Source: Camelus ferus (taxonomy: Eukaryota). From it: a DNA stretch of 64,000 bases. A program made the translations under genes and the position numbers. Below the pieces are notes generated by a model that saw only the letters and a program-made list of their open reading frames with translations, had not been told where the DNA came from and ran no database searches. Of this stretch, positions 48,830 through 61,526 are shown in pieces. The stretch covers positions 65,412,001 to 65,476,000 of the forward strand of contig NC_045697.1 in the NCBI RefSeq assembly GCF_009834535.1, read 5' to 3'. Positions within the stretch are counted from its first letter, which is position 1, and each line of letters begins with the position of its first letter.

Positions 48830-50320
48830 GGCAGACAAGAAGGACAGAAATAATGCAGGGTTGTGAAGAGCTTCATGTGGAAATCATGAAAACATGATAG
48901 TGTCTGGGTGAAGTTCAAAGGAAAGTGGAACAGAAATGGTGCTATGATAAGATGTATTTCAGGAAGTCCACCTGAAGACAAGCCTCATATACTCTTGTTA
49001 TAAAACTGGCTTAGAGGTAAGACATCATAATTATTGGGGACTTCCGCCATTTGTCCACAAGAACATTCTGCAAAAACTAGATATTTGGATCAGTTATAAA
49101 CTTAATATGGAGGCCTGTCATGAGACCTAACTGCTACCAACAGAGAGGAACTTATTAAAAAAGAAAAAAAAAGCAAGAACCCTGAAAAAAATTATCATTC
49201 AATTCTGCAGTGTGAGCAAGCCAGAAAAAGAAGTGATACGCAGAGTTAGATACTGCAAGGTAGTGAAAGTCCACTTTTTACAAAGCTTGCAGAAAGAATG
49301 ACTACGAGTCCATATAATAATAAAGTGACGATGCCACAAAAGGAAAGGGACACTGTTGAAAACGGACTTCAGACCATGCAATCACAGATGGTGCTGCTGA
49401 AGAAGAAATTGTTGAAATACCGAAAGAAATCAGTGTAACTGCGCAGGGAGTTTTCCCGTGAACGTGAGAACATGTAAAATGATGGAAGTAGCAGTACATA
49501 AGCAAGAATGATTACAGAAGAATAATACAGACACCTAAGAAAAATTCCAGTGAGTTTAAAGCAAAAATGGAATTGAGAATTCCTAAGGAAACAAAAAAGA
49601 ATGTTAAAAATTCTTTTCAAATCAAGAAGGATAATAAAAAGACGAAGGTCTGTTGCTTGAGACTGAGGGTTATATATTAACAGACGACCGGAGGAAGCCA
49701 ACTACTCTATTCCATTTAACTTTTCCCTTTAGACAGGACAGAGGATAATTTTCACTCTAGAAAGAAAATGATTGCCATATATAAGAGAATGCACCCATCT
49801 GCTTTGATTACATCTTGTATTATTGTGAAGACTTGAAATCGACATTGCTGAATTATTACTGGTTTATTCCTGTTATCAGGTAAACCTTTATATATGCCAA
49901 ACACCCCATAAAGTGCTTTACAATTATCAACTCAGTTACTCCTTAAAGCAACTCTGCAAGGTTGATGATCTTTCCACAATTATAATGAACAGAAGATGGA
50001 CATTAAATAGACGGGGTTATCTTCACACTCAAGATCTCCCTGTCCAGTGACACCATTTGATTTTAAATGAGGTTATTTGGTATAACTTGTTCTTGTTGAA
50101 CTCATATTGTCCTGGGGATCTCTGATTAGTGTTAATAATCTGCTCATAATCTAATTCTCAGTAATCAAATGAAGAATCCTACGCTATTTAGACATTAAAC
50201 TGACCAATTATTGAAACATGCAGATTGTGTCATGCTGATCAGATCTTTAGCTGATACGAAGTTGGGAATGACAGAATCTTAAGGCTGCAGGAAGGACTGA
50301 ATTTAGTTGAAACAACAGGA
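48830..50320 (+). mobile_element. CR1/L3 LINE ORF2 fossil with an internally inverted segment
   Basis: Hand translation gives SVWVKFKG (48899), DIIIIGDF (49021, APE endonuclease motif), KAKMELRI (49558), GLLLETEGYILTDD and MLIRSLADTKLG (50232) on +, and QYEFNKNKLYQ on - at 50109-50077. Confidence 0.8.
49880..49985 (-). mobile_element. MIR fragment inside L3
   Basis: tatatgccaaacac...aagtgctttacaattatcaactcagttactcct...caactctgcaagg. Confidence 0.65.
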
Positions 50321-50713
50321 AGGGGAATCTCCTGTTTTTTCTTTTTTTAAGGGAAAGGGTTATATTAGATGGATTAGAATAGAGAAGCCTGAGTGTGGCT
50401 GAGGATGAATATTATACTTCACCAATCTCTGTATCAGTTGTCTTATACCATTATAACAATGATTTATAGTTCAAAAGTCAAGACTTCCAAAAAACCATAA
50501 ACTACATGGAAATTTGTGTAGATTCCCTTTTATACACTCCTCTGGTGTACTTCATCCATACATACATCTTTAATAAAGGCCTTAGAATGACACTAGGCTT
50601 CCTGTGCTTAAGATCCAGATACCTTCTGGACATCTTGACCTGGTTGCCCCTTGGGTGTATGGAACTGATCTTATTTGTGAATTTCCATACAAACTGATTT
50701 CTTCTGTATAGCC

Positions 50714-51653
50714 TGTATTTGTCAATCAGGATAAGCTAGGTTATTCTATTGTAGCCAACACCCAAAAACCTTAATATTTTGACAAAACAAGGGTTTATTT
50801 TTAGCACATACTTTGTGAGGATGATCCGAGGAGAGTGGTCCCTGCCATCTGTCATCAACATTCTTATTCCTGGACTTAGACTGTTTGAGTTATTTATTGG
50901 TGTGTAACATATCACTCCAAATTTTAGTGGCTTCATACAACAGTCACATAACCTCTCATGGATCTGCGGGTTGAGTAGGCTTAGTGGGTGGGCCTTCTGC
51001 TCCCCATGATGTCTCCTGGGTCTGCAGTCACCTGAGACATTGATAGGGCTGAATTGTCCAACACAAATCACTCCCAGGGAGATCGATGCTGAATTATTGG
51101 CTGAGAGTTCCAGTGGGACTGTTGGGACTGTTGGCTGAACAACCTACATGTAGTCTGTTTATGTGGCTTGGGCTTCTCACAGCAGGGCAGCAGGGCTCTG
51201 GAGGTCATGTCCTGAGAGCAAGTGTTCCAAGAGGGAGGAAGTGGAAGATGCCATTCCCCTTTAAGACTGGACCTGAAATTGGCCTCGCATCACTTCTGCT
51301 GCATCCTCTTAGTTTAAGCAGTCAATTCCATGATTCATGGAGGAAAAAACCACCTCTTAATCAGGAGAGTTAAAAAACATGACTGTCTTTAGTTCACAGG
51401 CTGTTAGATCAATGATTGTCTAGGATTTGCTTGTAATCACAACAGTTTAAGAAAGAGAGAGCTGCAGGCCCTCACATCAGCAAAGAAATCCTTATCCTCA
51501 AAGTGACACCTTTACTTCAGCTCACGATCCTCCAGGCAGCATTGCTCTAATGGCTGCACTATAAGGATATAAGAAGGTACGATCCTGCTCTGTATCTTGA
51601 AGAGGACAGGAACAGAGTGTTTAGTAAACAGCACTAATGGTAACTGCGCCACG
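50714..51653 (-). mobile_element. MaLR LTR (MLT1K/L-like) split by a nested MLT1G-like LTR
   Basis: tcaggataagctaggttat...acaagggtttattt before the insert; aagtgacac...cttcagctcac...gtaaacagcactaat after it. Confidence 0.65.
50882..51398 (-). mobile_element. MaLR LTR (MLT1G-like)
   Basis: tattggtgtgtaaca...ccaaattttagtggctt...atgtggcttgggcttctcacagca...gagagcaagtgttccaagag...catcacttctgctgcat. Confidence 0.8.
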
Positions 51654-51719
51654 TCTTGGTTGTGAATGGACTCGGTGAATGCAGGTATCTGCACACAGAT
51701 TCAAGGCATAAACCTCCGA

Positions 51720-52140
51720 TTTGTCAATCTTGTCATTACCCACAATCAGGAAGTCACCTCTTCCTACTGATTCTCTCTTCCCTGTAGCTCCAGTTTGTTT
51801 CCTCCTCTCAATCTACTGCTGTCTTCATTAACCATTGCCGGGAATATCACGACGACTTAATTGTCTTCCTGATTCTAGGTGGACTCCCCTCTGTTTGTCA
51901 AACCAGACCCAGAAAGAGGTTTATAAACTGTAAATGTAATAATTTATAAAATTATAGACATTTAAAATACTCTGTACTAAATGTAAAATCATCTGCTTAA
52001 CATCTTTCATTAATTCAACACATTTAATATCTCCTGTGGACCAGGGGCTGTTACTTTCTGCCAAAATAAATTTTATAATTTCAATGTCTTCCCTCTGCCA
52101 TTCTTAGCAACTTAAAAAATTTTAATATGACTCAGAATGG
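51720..52140 (+). mobile_element. L2 fragments
   Basis: tcctctcaatctactgct...ttaattgtcttcctg...ccagaaagaggtttataaactgtaaat. Confidence 0.5.
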
Positions 52141-54213
52141 ATTTAAAAACAAGAGCACTAGCCCACTTCTCCAATTTCATTAATATCTGTTTTCTTCCTT
52201 GTCGTTATAGTTTTGGCTTAGTTATATAATGTGCATTTTTTTCTCAAAGGATAAATTTTTATTTTAATTTTTAATTCTACTTTAAGAACTTCTAATTTAT
52301 TGCTTTCTGCTTTTATTACTGTTTATTCCCTTTAGGAAAATTGCCCTTATGGTACTTCTGAATTATTGAATTGAATGCTTAGTCCATTTATTTTCATTTT
52401 TAATCTCCTAATTGTAAAGGCATTTCAGGAAATGAATCTAAGAGTTGCTAAAACTTAGTTGTCTCTTATTTTTTTTTATATGTTGTGTATTTATTTTATT
52501 TATATATAAAATAGTCTATAGTTGCATTTTATTACAAAATAATATATATAAGTGGGGAAAAAGTAGTGTAAGAAAGAAAATAATTACTGAAATTCCAGTA
52601 CTAAAACATTTATATTCTTCCTGATCTAACTTTAGAGCAGTGGGGTCATATTTTTGATCAATCTGTTCACATCATTTTGTAATTGATTCTTTTCACTTAG
52701 GAGATTATGAACATTTTTCATGTCAATAAATATGTGTGTGTTTTTTAGTGTATCTTTATGTTTTAGAAGAGGATGGCATTTCCTTATAAGAATATACCAT
52801 GTTTTGTTTGATTCTCTCTGATTCTAAGGTATTAAGAAGACTCAACTTTTCATTAATGAAAATATTCTTATCAGCTTTATTATTTACTTGTGAATATCTG
52901 TGTTCATTTCCTTTTCTGGTTTATTATCAAATTGCTTTTATAAAGTATAGTCTTAAATCTGGAATTTCAGGATCAAATAATATTCAAGCTTAGAGTCTTT
53001 AACCTTAGGTGATGATTTTCCCTCCCAAAAGGCTATAACAATTTATTCTCCCACTAGTAAAAATACATTAAATTATTTCTTTTCTCACCTCACATCAAAC
53101 TCAGTATATTACTCTTTTCAATTTTTACCAATTCAATAGATTGAAAATGCATACTAATACTGCTTTAAAATGCGTTTCTTTGATTATTAATGCTGCTGAG
53201 TATTTTACCCAATTCTTTCTTTGATTACTTGTACATATTTTCTTATTAATTTGAAAATGTTCTTTATACATTAAAAAATAAAATATTCTGTATGCCATAT
53301 ATGTTGAAAACATTTATTCTCTATTTTCAAGTTATCTTTAAATTCCTCATCTTTTCATACATTAAAATTTTCAGCTTATGTTTATGCTTTTTATTTTATT
53401 GATCTATTTTGACATAAAGTTTTTACTATAGAAGTTTAATGATATATTTTAATTACAACATTGGTGGGATAAATCCACTGTAATATTTTTATTTTTCAAA
53501 ACACTCTTTTACTACTATGCATTTTTTTTAATTTTAGAGGATTTGAATTATTAAATTGTATTAACAACAACAACAAAACCCCTTAAGATAATTTCATTGA
53601 GCTTGCATCAGATTTTTATATTAATTTTGGACAAACATGGCATCTTCAAAATATTTCTTTCTCTAATTTAGAAGAGCTCACCAACCGCTTGGGTATTCCA
53701 GGCAGGCAATTATATCCTCATTAAGAAATCATGACTTGAGTTCCTGCTTTAAATATTTTGTCTCTTTTTAAGTTTATTAACTATTACTTCCACAATATTA
53801 AGTAATAGTAACAAAATATACTCACCTGTCTTGTTTCTGATTTTAGTAAGAATTGCTTCAGCATAATATGATAGTTTATTTGAAACTGGTACTTTTTTTT
53901 TAGTAAGTTAAGAAATTATACAACTTTATATTGAAAATTAAAGATTGGATTCTATTGCATCAAATTCTACTTCAACATCTACTCAGAAGTTTTTCCCCCC
54001 TTTGATCTAGTAATGAATCATCTCTGGATAAATAATATTTAGTTGCTATATTATTTTATAAAATAATACTGAATTCAATATGCTACTACTATTCATATGG
54101 TAATTTTATATAATGGAGATTAATTTTCTTTATGTGCTATTTTTGTCAGATTCTGATGTCTGATATTTTGACTGTATTTGATATTTAATATTGACTGTAT
54201 TTAACAGTTAGAA

Positions 54214-54666
54214 AGATATTAGTTAGGTATCACTATAATAAGAGCATCCTTAAGTTAGTGTTTAAAAAACACCATTTCTATTTCTCATGAGTGTGTGAAT
54301 CAGTCAGTTGATTCTGCTGTTCTGGATGTGTTTGGTTTATCTCAGCGAGGCTTAGTCAGCATCTGCGGTCTGCTGGCAGGTCACCTGAGAGAGAAAGGTA
54401 TAAGGAATCCTCAATGGGGATAACTCATCTCTCCCTCCAGCAATCTAGTTGAGGCATGTTTTCATGGTGGCATCAGAGGTCCAAGACAGAAAGTTGAACC
54501 ATGCGTGTGTCTTGGAAAGTTTCTGCTTGCATTAAGTTTGATACTGTTCCATTGGCTAAGCAAATGATATAGCCAGGTCCAGAGTTAGCATAAAAAAAGA
54601 CACTGTCATAGGGCATAGATACTGAGAGATGTGAAAAGTTGAAGGCAATAATACAATCAAGCCACA
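54214..54666 (-). mobile_element. MaLR LTR (MLT1H-like)
   Basis: catttctatttctcatgagt...catctgcggtctgctggcaggtca...ctccagcaa...ggcatgttttcatggtggca...tccattggctaagcaa...gggcatagatac. Confidence 0.8.
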
Positions 54667-55819
54667 ACAGAAAAAGTTATTTTCTTTCCTATTCTCTGCA
54701 ATTTTAAAAAATGGTTTAGGGATTATCTGTCCAAAGTTAAGTCCTCAAGCTTCATAACACAATTTTGGCTGTGTAAACTTTCTTTAAAAATAGAATTCTT
54801 TTCATAAAGGTTTTAAAATACTTTAGCATATTTTTGTGCCTAGACTTTTCTTAATGAAAAAAACTTCTTTGTGACTGTAATGGTACTTTATTCCTAAAGT
54901 TGTTTACTTCTGTGTTCCCTCCTCATTCTTAACTGGTCTTATCAGAAACATGTCCATTTTACTAATGATTTAAAAGAACCAGTTCCTAGATTTCTTTCTA
55001 TTAGTTTTACTGTGTTCTTGTTTCTAATTATTAGTTTCTGACTTTTTCTTTTATATATTCCATTTTCTACCTTGCAAAGAATTTATTTTATGACTCTTCA
55101 GTGGAATGCTTTCATTTATTTTTATTTACTGTACTTAATCGTGATACTTACTTGAATATTCATCTCAGATCAGTTTGGCTCCACTCTATAAAGTTTTGAT
55201 ACATAGACCAATATTTATATTTTCTAAATATGTGAAATATCCTTTTGTATCATTTTTGGTAGAGATATTTATTTAAATCTATTAGTAATTTTTAAAAATA
55301 TATGTTATTAATGTCTATTATTATTGCATTTTTGTCACATAATGTGAACTATCCCATTTAATCTATTTTGTAACTTGCTCAAAATTTCAGAATATTTAGT
55401 ATTTTGGTCCACTAATATAAAGTTAATGTTTCACAGATGCTTAAAAATGTGCTATATTAACTGTGGAATGTACAATTTACATAATTAGTGATTGACTTAT
55501 GAGAATGATAATATTATTAGAAGTGTTCATTTAGTTATTTTTATATGTTGTCAGTTATAGATAATTAATGATGCTTAAATTTTTATATCCCATATGCATT
55601 TCTGTCTATATCTATTTGTGTATATCTCTTTTTATATGTATTTTTTTCTCTTTATCTTTCTAGTATTTTTACTTTGTATATGTGTGCTGTCTTTTTTAGC
55701 ATATAAGATTTCATGAGCTGTAGTTTTGTAACATTTTGTCATATTTAATAATTTTCCTTCAATTTCTTTTGTCTGATGTAGCTATTGTTACACTAGCTTC
55801 TTTTTTTTAATTTTTCAGT

Positions 55820-56080
55820 AATAATAATAGCTAACACTTATTGACACCTCCCTGTGGGACATAAACAGTTATTAAATATTTTACATACAATGTTTTATTC
55901 AGTTCTTACAAGAACCTTATGAAGTGTATATGATACTTGTTCCATTTACTGAGGTATAAAGCTGAAGCATAGGGAATTTATGTAAGTTGTTCAAAGTCAC
56001 AGACCTGATAAATAGCAGAGCTGGAATTTGAACCTAAGCTATCTGCCTCCAAACTGAGGTTTTTAAAAACTATACTCTAT
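55820..56080 (-). mobile_element. MIR SINE
   Basis: aataatagctaacacttattga...cttatgaagt...aaagtcacagacctgataaatagcagagctggaatttgaacctaagctatctgcctccaaa. Confidence 0.85.
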
Positions 56081-56704
56081 TCCTTCTTTTATATGCTGCT
56101 TGGTTTTATAAGAATTAAGTAATTTTCCCCTCTCTTTAAGTTCACTAAGTCTTTATATGGCTGTGTCAAATCTACTAATAAGCCCATCAAAGGCATTTTT
56201 CACCTCTATTCCTATGATGATGATTATTAATATTATTATTATTTCTGGAATTTTCTATTTGATTATTCATAAGAGAGTCCATCTCTGCTGAAATTTTCCA
56301 TCTGTTCATGCACATTGTCCACTTTTTCTGTGACAGACTTTACCATATTAATCATGGTAATTTTAAATATCCTTTTACTTTCAACATCTGAGTTGTATCT
56401 GCGTCTGGCTTGGTAATTGGTTTATCCCTCAAGAGTGTTTTTTTTTCCTTGCTTTTTAATATGTCTTGTTATATCTGAATGGAAGATGAACATTATGCAA
56501 GAAGACTAGAGAATAAGGTGAACAGTACTCATGCCTGGAGGTGGGCATGCCTCTTCTTCTGCTAGGCTTTTATTGTGGGCTGTTGCATCAATCCAGTCAA
56601 GTCAGTCTCTCTTGATTTAGGCTTTGTTATTATTTGTTGCACTCAACGTACTACAGGCTTCAAAGCCTCTCACTGATACATTGTTCTCAGTTTGGGGGTT
56701 GGTC

Positions 56705-56750
56705 ACCAGGGAGAATTTCTCACTCTTACCAGGGAGAATTTCTCACTCTT
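56705..56750. repeat. perfect 23-bp tandem duplication
   Basis: accagggagaatttctcactctt twice, at 56705-56727 and 56728-56750. Confidence 0.95.
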
Positions 56751-57922
56751 CCTCAACATTAGATTCTCCTGTGAGCCTGTGCCTCCAAGAATGTATTTTT
56801 ATACTGTAGCCTCTCTCTCAATAATGGAGAGCTGCTGCTTGTTACTCAGCGCTTGTTACTCTGGTTGTGGAGGGTTGGGGAGCCATTCTTAGGCTTAGGC
56901 CAGCCCTGTGTCCCTGGACTGAGTATGGGGCTTTCTCTGTGATCCTGCCCTCTTCCTCATGGCAGCCCAAACTTTCCCTTAAGTATTTGGCAAGCTTTAT
57001 GCTAATAAGAGATTTTACTCTTTCTGTAGTAGCTGTTGTTTTTCTTTTACCCTTTTCTCGGTGTCAATGGGTTTTCCCTTGTGCCTCGGACAACAGGGTT
57101 TGCTGTCCCTCTCACAGTGACTTAAGGCTTTTGTTCCATGAGGGCTGAGAGGAGAAAGATCCTGGTGAAGCTTTGCCCCTTTCCCACCACAGAGGCTGCT
57201 CCCCTCCCTGGAGCTGCAGCACTGACCAACGTTCTCCGCGCTCCTAAGTACAGGCTTGTGCTGTTCTTCCCTGCACTCTCTACACTCTCGTGCAAGCCCA
57301 CACTTGGTTTATGTGATTTACTTTAAAAATTAGCAGAAATCTTCCCGCTTCCTTTTATGATGACCTTGTTTTACTTCCGTGCTCTGTTCCAGCTAAGCCA
57401 GCACTCATGCCCCTCTCTGTCTTTGCAGGAGCTGGTCTTTCCTTATACTTCAAGCTAGGAGGTTGACCTGAGATCTCAGCCCTTGGATTGGGTTGAGAGC
57501 AGTTATGATTTTGTGGATCACCTGGCTTTTTCTCTTGTTTCTAGCTTTTTCCATCCTAAGCAGAGGCTGGAAATGTAATCCATGTAAATGAAAATACCTC
57601 TGTTGGATATTATGTGTTTTTCTTCCTGGTACTTGTTCTGCTGTTACTATTATGTGTGTTTGCCCATTTATGTTCTATCTTTCACAATGTATATATTTAT
57701 CTTCTTTTATGATTTAGAAGGTACAAATCCTGTTTTTAATTTATCTGGAGAATGTATTTAAGTCTATTTAATGTAACTTAATATACCTTAATTACAAAAT
57801 CTCATACTGAAATGATTATTTTTGTTTCTCTTCATGCATGATAATTAAGGTCTCTTTACTTCCTCAGTTCTTCAGCTTCAAATCCACTTTTGGAAGAAAA
57901 CATTAGTTGATAGATACTAACT

Positions 57923-57987
57923 CCCCCCCCCCACATATATATATATATACATATATATACACATATACATATATATATATATATATA
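57923..57987. repeat. poly-C run plus interrupted (TA)n/(CA) microsatellite
   Basis: Seen directly. Confidence 0.9.
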
Positions 57988-60244
57988 GAATCTAAACATA
58001 TTACTTCTCAAGAATTTTTCCCTTGCATTCAATTTTGCAAAGATATTAATACATTTTTCTAAGGCCTAGCTTCATATATGTACTTGCTTCCCAATTTATC
58101 TTCTAATCTCTTTATACTTTTGTATTTTCCATTCTTTGGTTCTGGATTTTGATTCATCCCATAGTCATCTCAGCTAAATTCTCTTGCCAAAGGAAGAGTA
58201 TTAAAAAAGGCATATTTATTTTTTAATTCATGGGGATTTGAGAATATTTTCCGAAATGAATGACAATTTGGTATTCTTGGTGGTTTTTTTTTTTTAAATC
58301 TGACAACATAACATGCTTTTTTATCTGGCATTTGCTTCAGAGGAGAAGAAAACTAAAGGTATCTTTATTTACATCTGAAACTAGTTTAATTTTTTGTTTC
58401 TTTGCAGATAATCTGTTTCTGTGCTTAGATGCAAGAAGAAAAGTTTTTATGCCTTGAGAATTAAAAAAAATCACCAGATTAGATATAAAAATGGGATTTT
58501 TTTTAATTTCAGTTTTTCCTGTGACTTGGTGGAAACCTTTGTGTTTATAAACAATCTTTCTTGGCTTAGAAAAATTTTCTTCCATTATTTTTTTAACTAT
58601 TGAACTTATTTTTGTTGACCTAGTTTCATCTGGAAAATCTCAAAGTCTTAGATTGCATTTTTATGTCTGCAGATCATATTTGAAATTATTTTTTCTTTTG
58701 GCCATTTGCTGTGCCTTCCCAGAGAGTTTTTTAAATACATTCATCATGTAATTTATTTAATAATCCTGACATGCCATTTATGTGCTTTACTATTCCCAAT
58801 TTTAATTTTTATTCTGTAGTTCAAATTTTCTTTTCTGTCTTCTGTTTCCATATCATCTCATCTTTTGTATCTTTATCTTCTTTTTGGCCTGTCCTCTCTT
58901 CTGGTTCTCTACTGATGTGTAGAGGACTTTAATCAGATTATAGTACAACACTTTTATCTAATGCAGTTGATTATTTATGTGAGGTATGCACTGCCTCTGA
59001 GACTTAAGAGTAATATTTCTATTTCTGTAGGGTGCAATGATTTTTCATTTGTTTGTTTGCACTTGTACGAACTTTCTAGGCCCAATCTTTACTTCTGTCA
59101 ATAGATAAAGAAAATGAAGCACCCTTAACTTCCCCTACAGTCCATTTAGGTTATGGTCAACTTTTCTTTCTCTGATCTAGGATTATAGATCAAATTGGTA
59201 TGCTCAACATTTAATTAAATTTACCATACCATATAAGTGGGCATTCCACTTGTTTGGGTTTTTTGAACTGAGAGTTACTTAACTTAGTTGATCTAATCAT
59301 GGTAGAGCATTTATTCCAGGCACCACATGGTTTATGCCACATCACTAAATAACTAAGCCTTCCAAAATCAAAATCTTTGTCACTTAATCTTTTCTACTTT
59401 CTTAAACTTGCCATGTTTCCTGCTTTGAGTAGTAGTTTCTGAATATTTGTACAAAGAGAAACTGAGGAGGCGACATAGAAGGGCAGGACAAGGGCTCTGG
59501 TTGTTAATGACGGTGGTTCTCATACAACCTAGGATGGCTGACTGCTTTTCTGGTCCATGTAGCTCTTGTAGCCTAAAATTGCTCATAATCAAAAGGGCTT
59601 ACATTTTATAGGGAGAATCAAAATACATTTCTAGCTTTCTTGTGCTAACTTGAAAAAGAATATATGAGGCTGCTAAAGACATATATTTAGAATAATTATT
59701 CCATCCTAGAGTTTTGCATAAACAAAGGGATTATATAATATAAAGAGAATCAAAGTGTTTTTATACTTTCCTTGGACTAATCTGCCCTGTTCTGGTGATA
59801 AGTATGAAATGTGAATTATGCAGATGAAGTAAATATATCCTTTCGAATTCGTTGTCAATAACAATTTAGTCAATAGAAACTCTATAAGAATTTATTATAT
59901 ATCCTTTTCCTAACTTGAGTTATGGGCAGCATTAAAACTTTTTGTTTGTTTGTTTTTTGGTTAAAACCATTGTGGACATTTCTAAAATGGATACTTGGAA
60001 ACGTTGTATCACAGCTAGCTAGTGTTAAATTAAGTTTCAGACCCAGTCACTATAAATTAAGTCCTCCAATTCATGCCATCTTAAAAGTTTAGTTATCTCT
60101 TTCTTCACCTTAAGTTTTTCCAGTCTATAGCACTCTGTAAGTGTTTTAAAGCAAAAATGATTCACTTATTTCTTGAATGTAATTAATCTTATTGATTGAA
60201 ATAAGAAAATACAGAAATGGAAAATTATTCTGAAAATGCTACAC

Positions 60245-60700
60245 ATGATTGAAAGGAAAGCATAGCCATGAGAAATAAACAGAATAAATAAGTTAACACA
60301 GAACAAATTGTGCCAGACAAAGCTGGTTGCTTTTTTGATAGCTTTAGTAAATGAACAGTAGCTGTAATGCATCTTGACTTCTAGCAAAATACTGGAGACA
60401 ACGCCATGTGAGATTTCGATTGCAAAATTAATTTGAGTTGGCTTGAAAAACACTGTTAAATGAAATGTAAACTGGTTGAAAGGACATACAAAGAAGAGTG
60501 TTGATTAATGTCGATGAACTAATAAATTGAGTGAGATCTTCAGTTAAATGTCATAGGTGTGGGTCTTAGGTTGAATCACCACTAAATGTTTTATTATCTT
60601 TTGGAGAAAAAATAACATGAGGTTGATTGAATTAGAGCAGATAATTTAGCAGGGGACACTAGTGATTACAGAAACTACATAAAGACCTGAATTTATTTTG
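60245..60700 (+). mobile_element. CR1/L3 reverse-transcriptase fossil
   Basis: Frameshifted translation LTQNKLCQTKLVAF / VAVMHLDF-SKILETTPCEISIAKL / NWLKGHT-RVLIN parallels the CR1 RT motifs FTKNKSCQTNLISF, VIYLDFSKAFDTVPH..L..KL and NWL..R.QRV.IN. Confidence 0.8.
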
Positions 60701-61526
60701 GAGAAAAAAACAAGAATACTTTACTATTTTATTTAAAGATTCCATCTTTTCATCACAAAAGGGAATTCTATGAAATATCAGTGCTTAAAGACCTTCAAGT
60801 TATGGAATTCTTCAAAACACTTAGAGAACTAAGTTAACTAATGTCTCAGTAAGGCAAAAACCACCATTTCAACACAATTAGTATCTATAATTGATCCAAA
60901 ATGGGAAAATGTTGGTGACTTCTTAGCTAGAGAACATGGTAAAGTTGTTTACTATTACTTAGTAGAAATATGAAATCTAACTATAAAACTGGTAATCCTA
61001 GAACCTTTGGGCAGAACAGCAGAGGGAGAATTTTGAAGAAGGGGAGATAAATACATTCTTAACTATGGAGAATTTTTGGTAAGACTAGAGATACTTGAAA
61101 ATATTAGAAATAAAATTTTAGAAATAAAAATGTCTTAATATATCCAGATAAAATAAAGTTAAGTGTAAAACTAAGCCTTTTCAAAGTTGGTACTTTAATG
61201 CTAATGAAAAACTAGTCAGCTGTTCTGTAAATGAGATAATCAGTTAGAATAAGAAGAAAATCATTACAATCCATGAACTGGATTATTCTTATGATAAATT
61301 AAACATGCAAAATTAAGAAGATAAGTTGGAGAAATTTGAGGATTTCTGCTCTTTCCCAGTGCTAGTGAGTTGGCAGAGTTTTTAATAACTTAGAAGACAG
61401 GGTTGGTTCCATCTACCAAAAACAGAGAGGAGATTTGAGTTACATTTATTCAACACGTATTTATTGAATAATTTATATGTGCACTATTTTGGTTTTGCAG
61501 CAGGTCCCAAACATGATTAAATCAGA

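Larger units (their letters stand above)
52240..58900 (-). mobile_element. large mosaic of old L1M fragments (ORF1/ORF2 and UTR pieces)
   Basis: Examples: ttgtttctgattttagtaagaattgcttca; aaagaaccagttccta; ctactaataagcccatcaaaggcattt...ccatctctgctgaaattttccatctgttcatg. Very T-rich; interrupted by MLT1H and a MIR. Confidence 0.7.
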
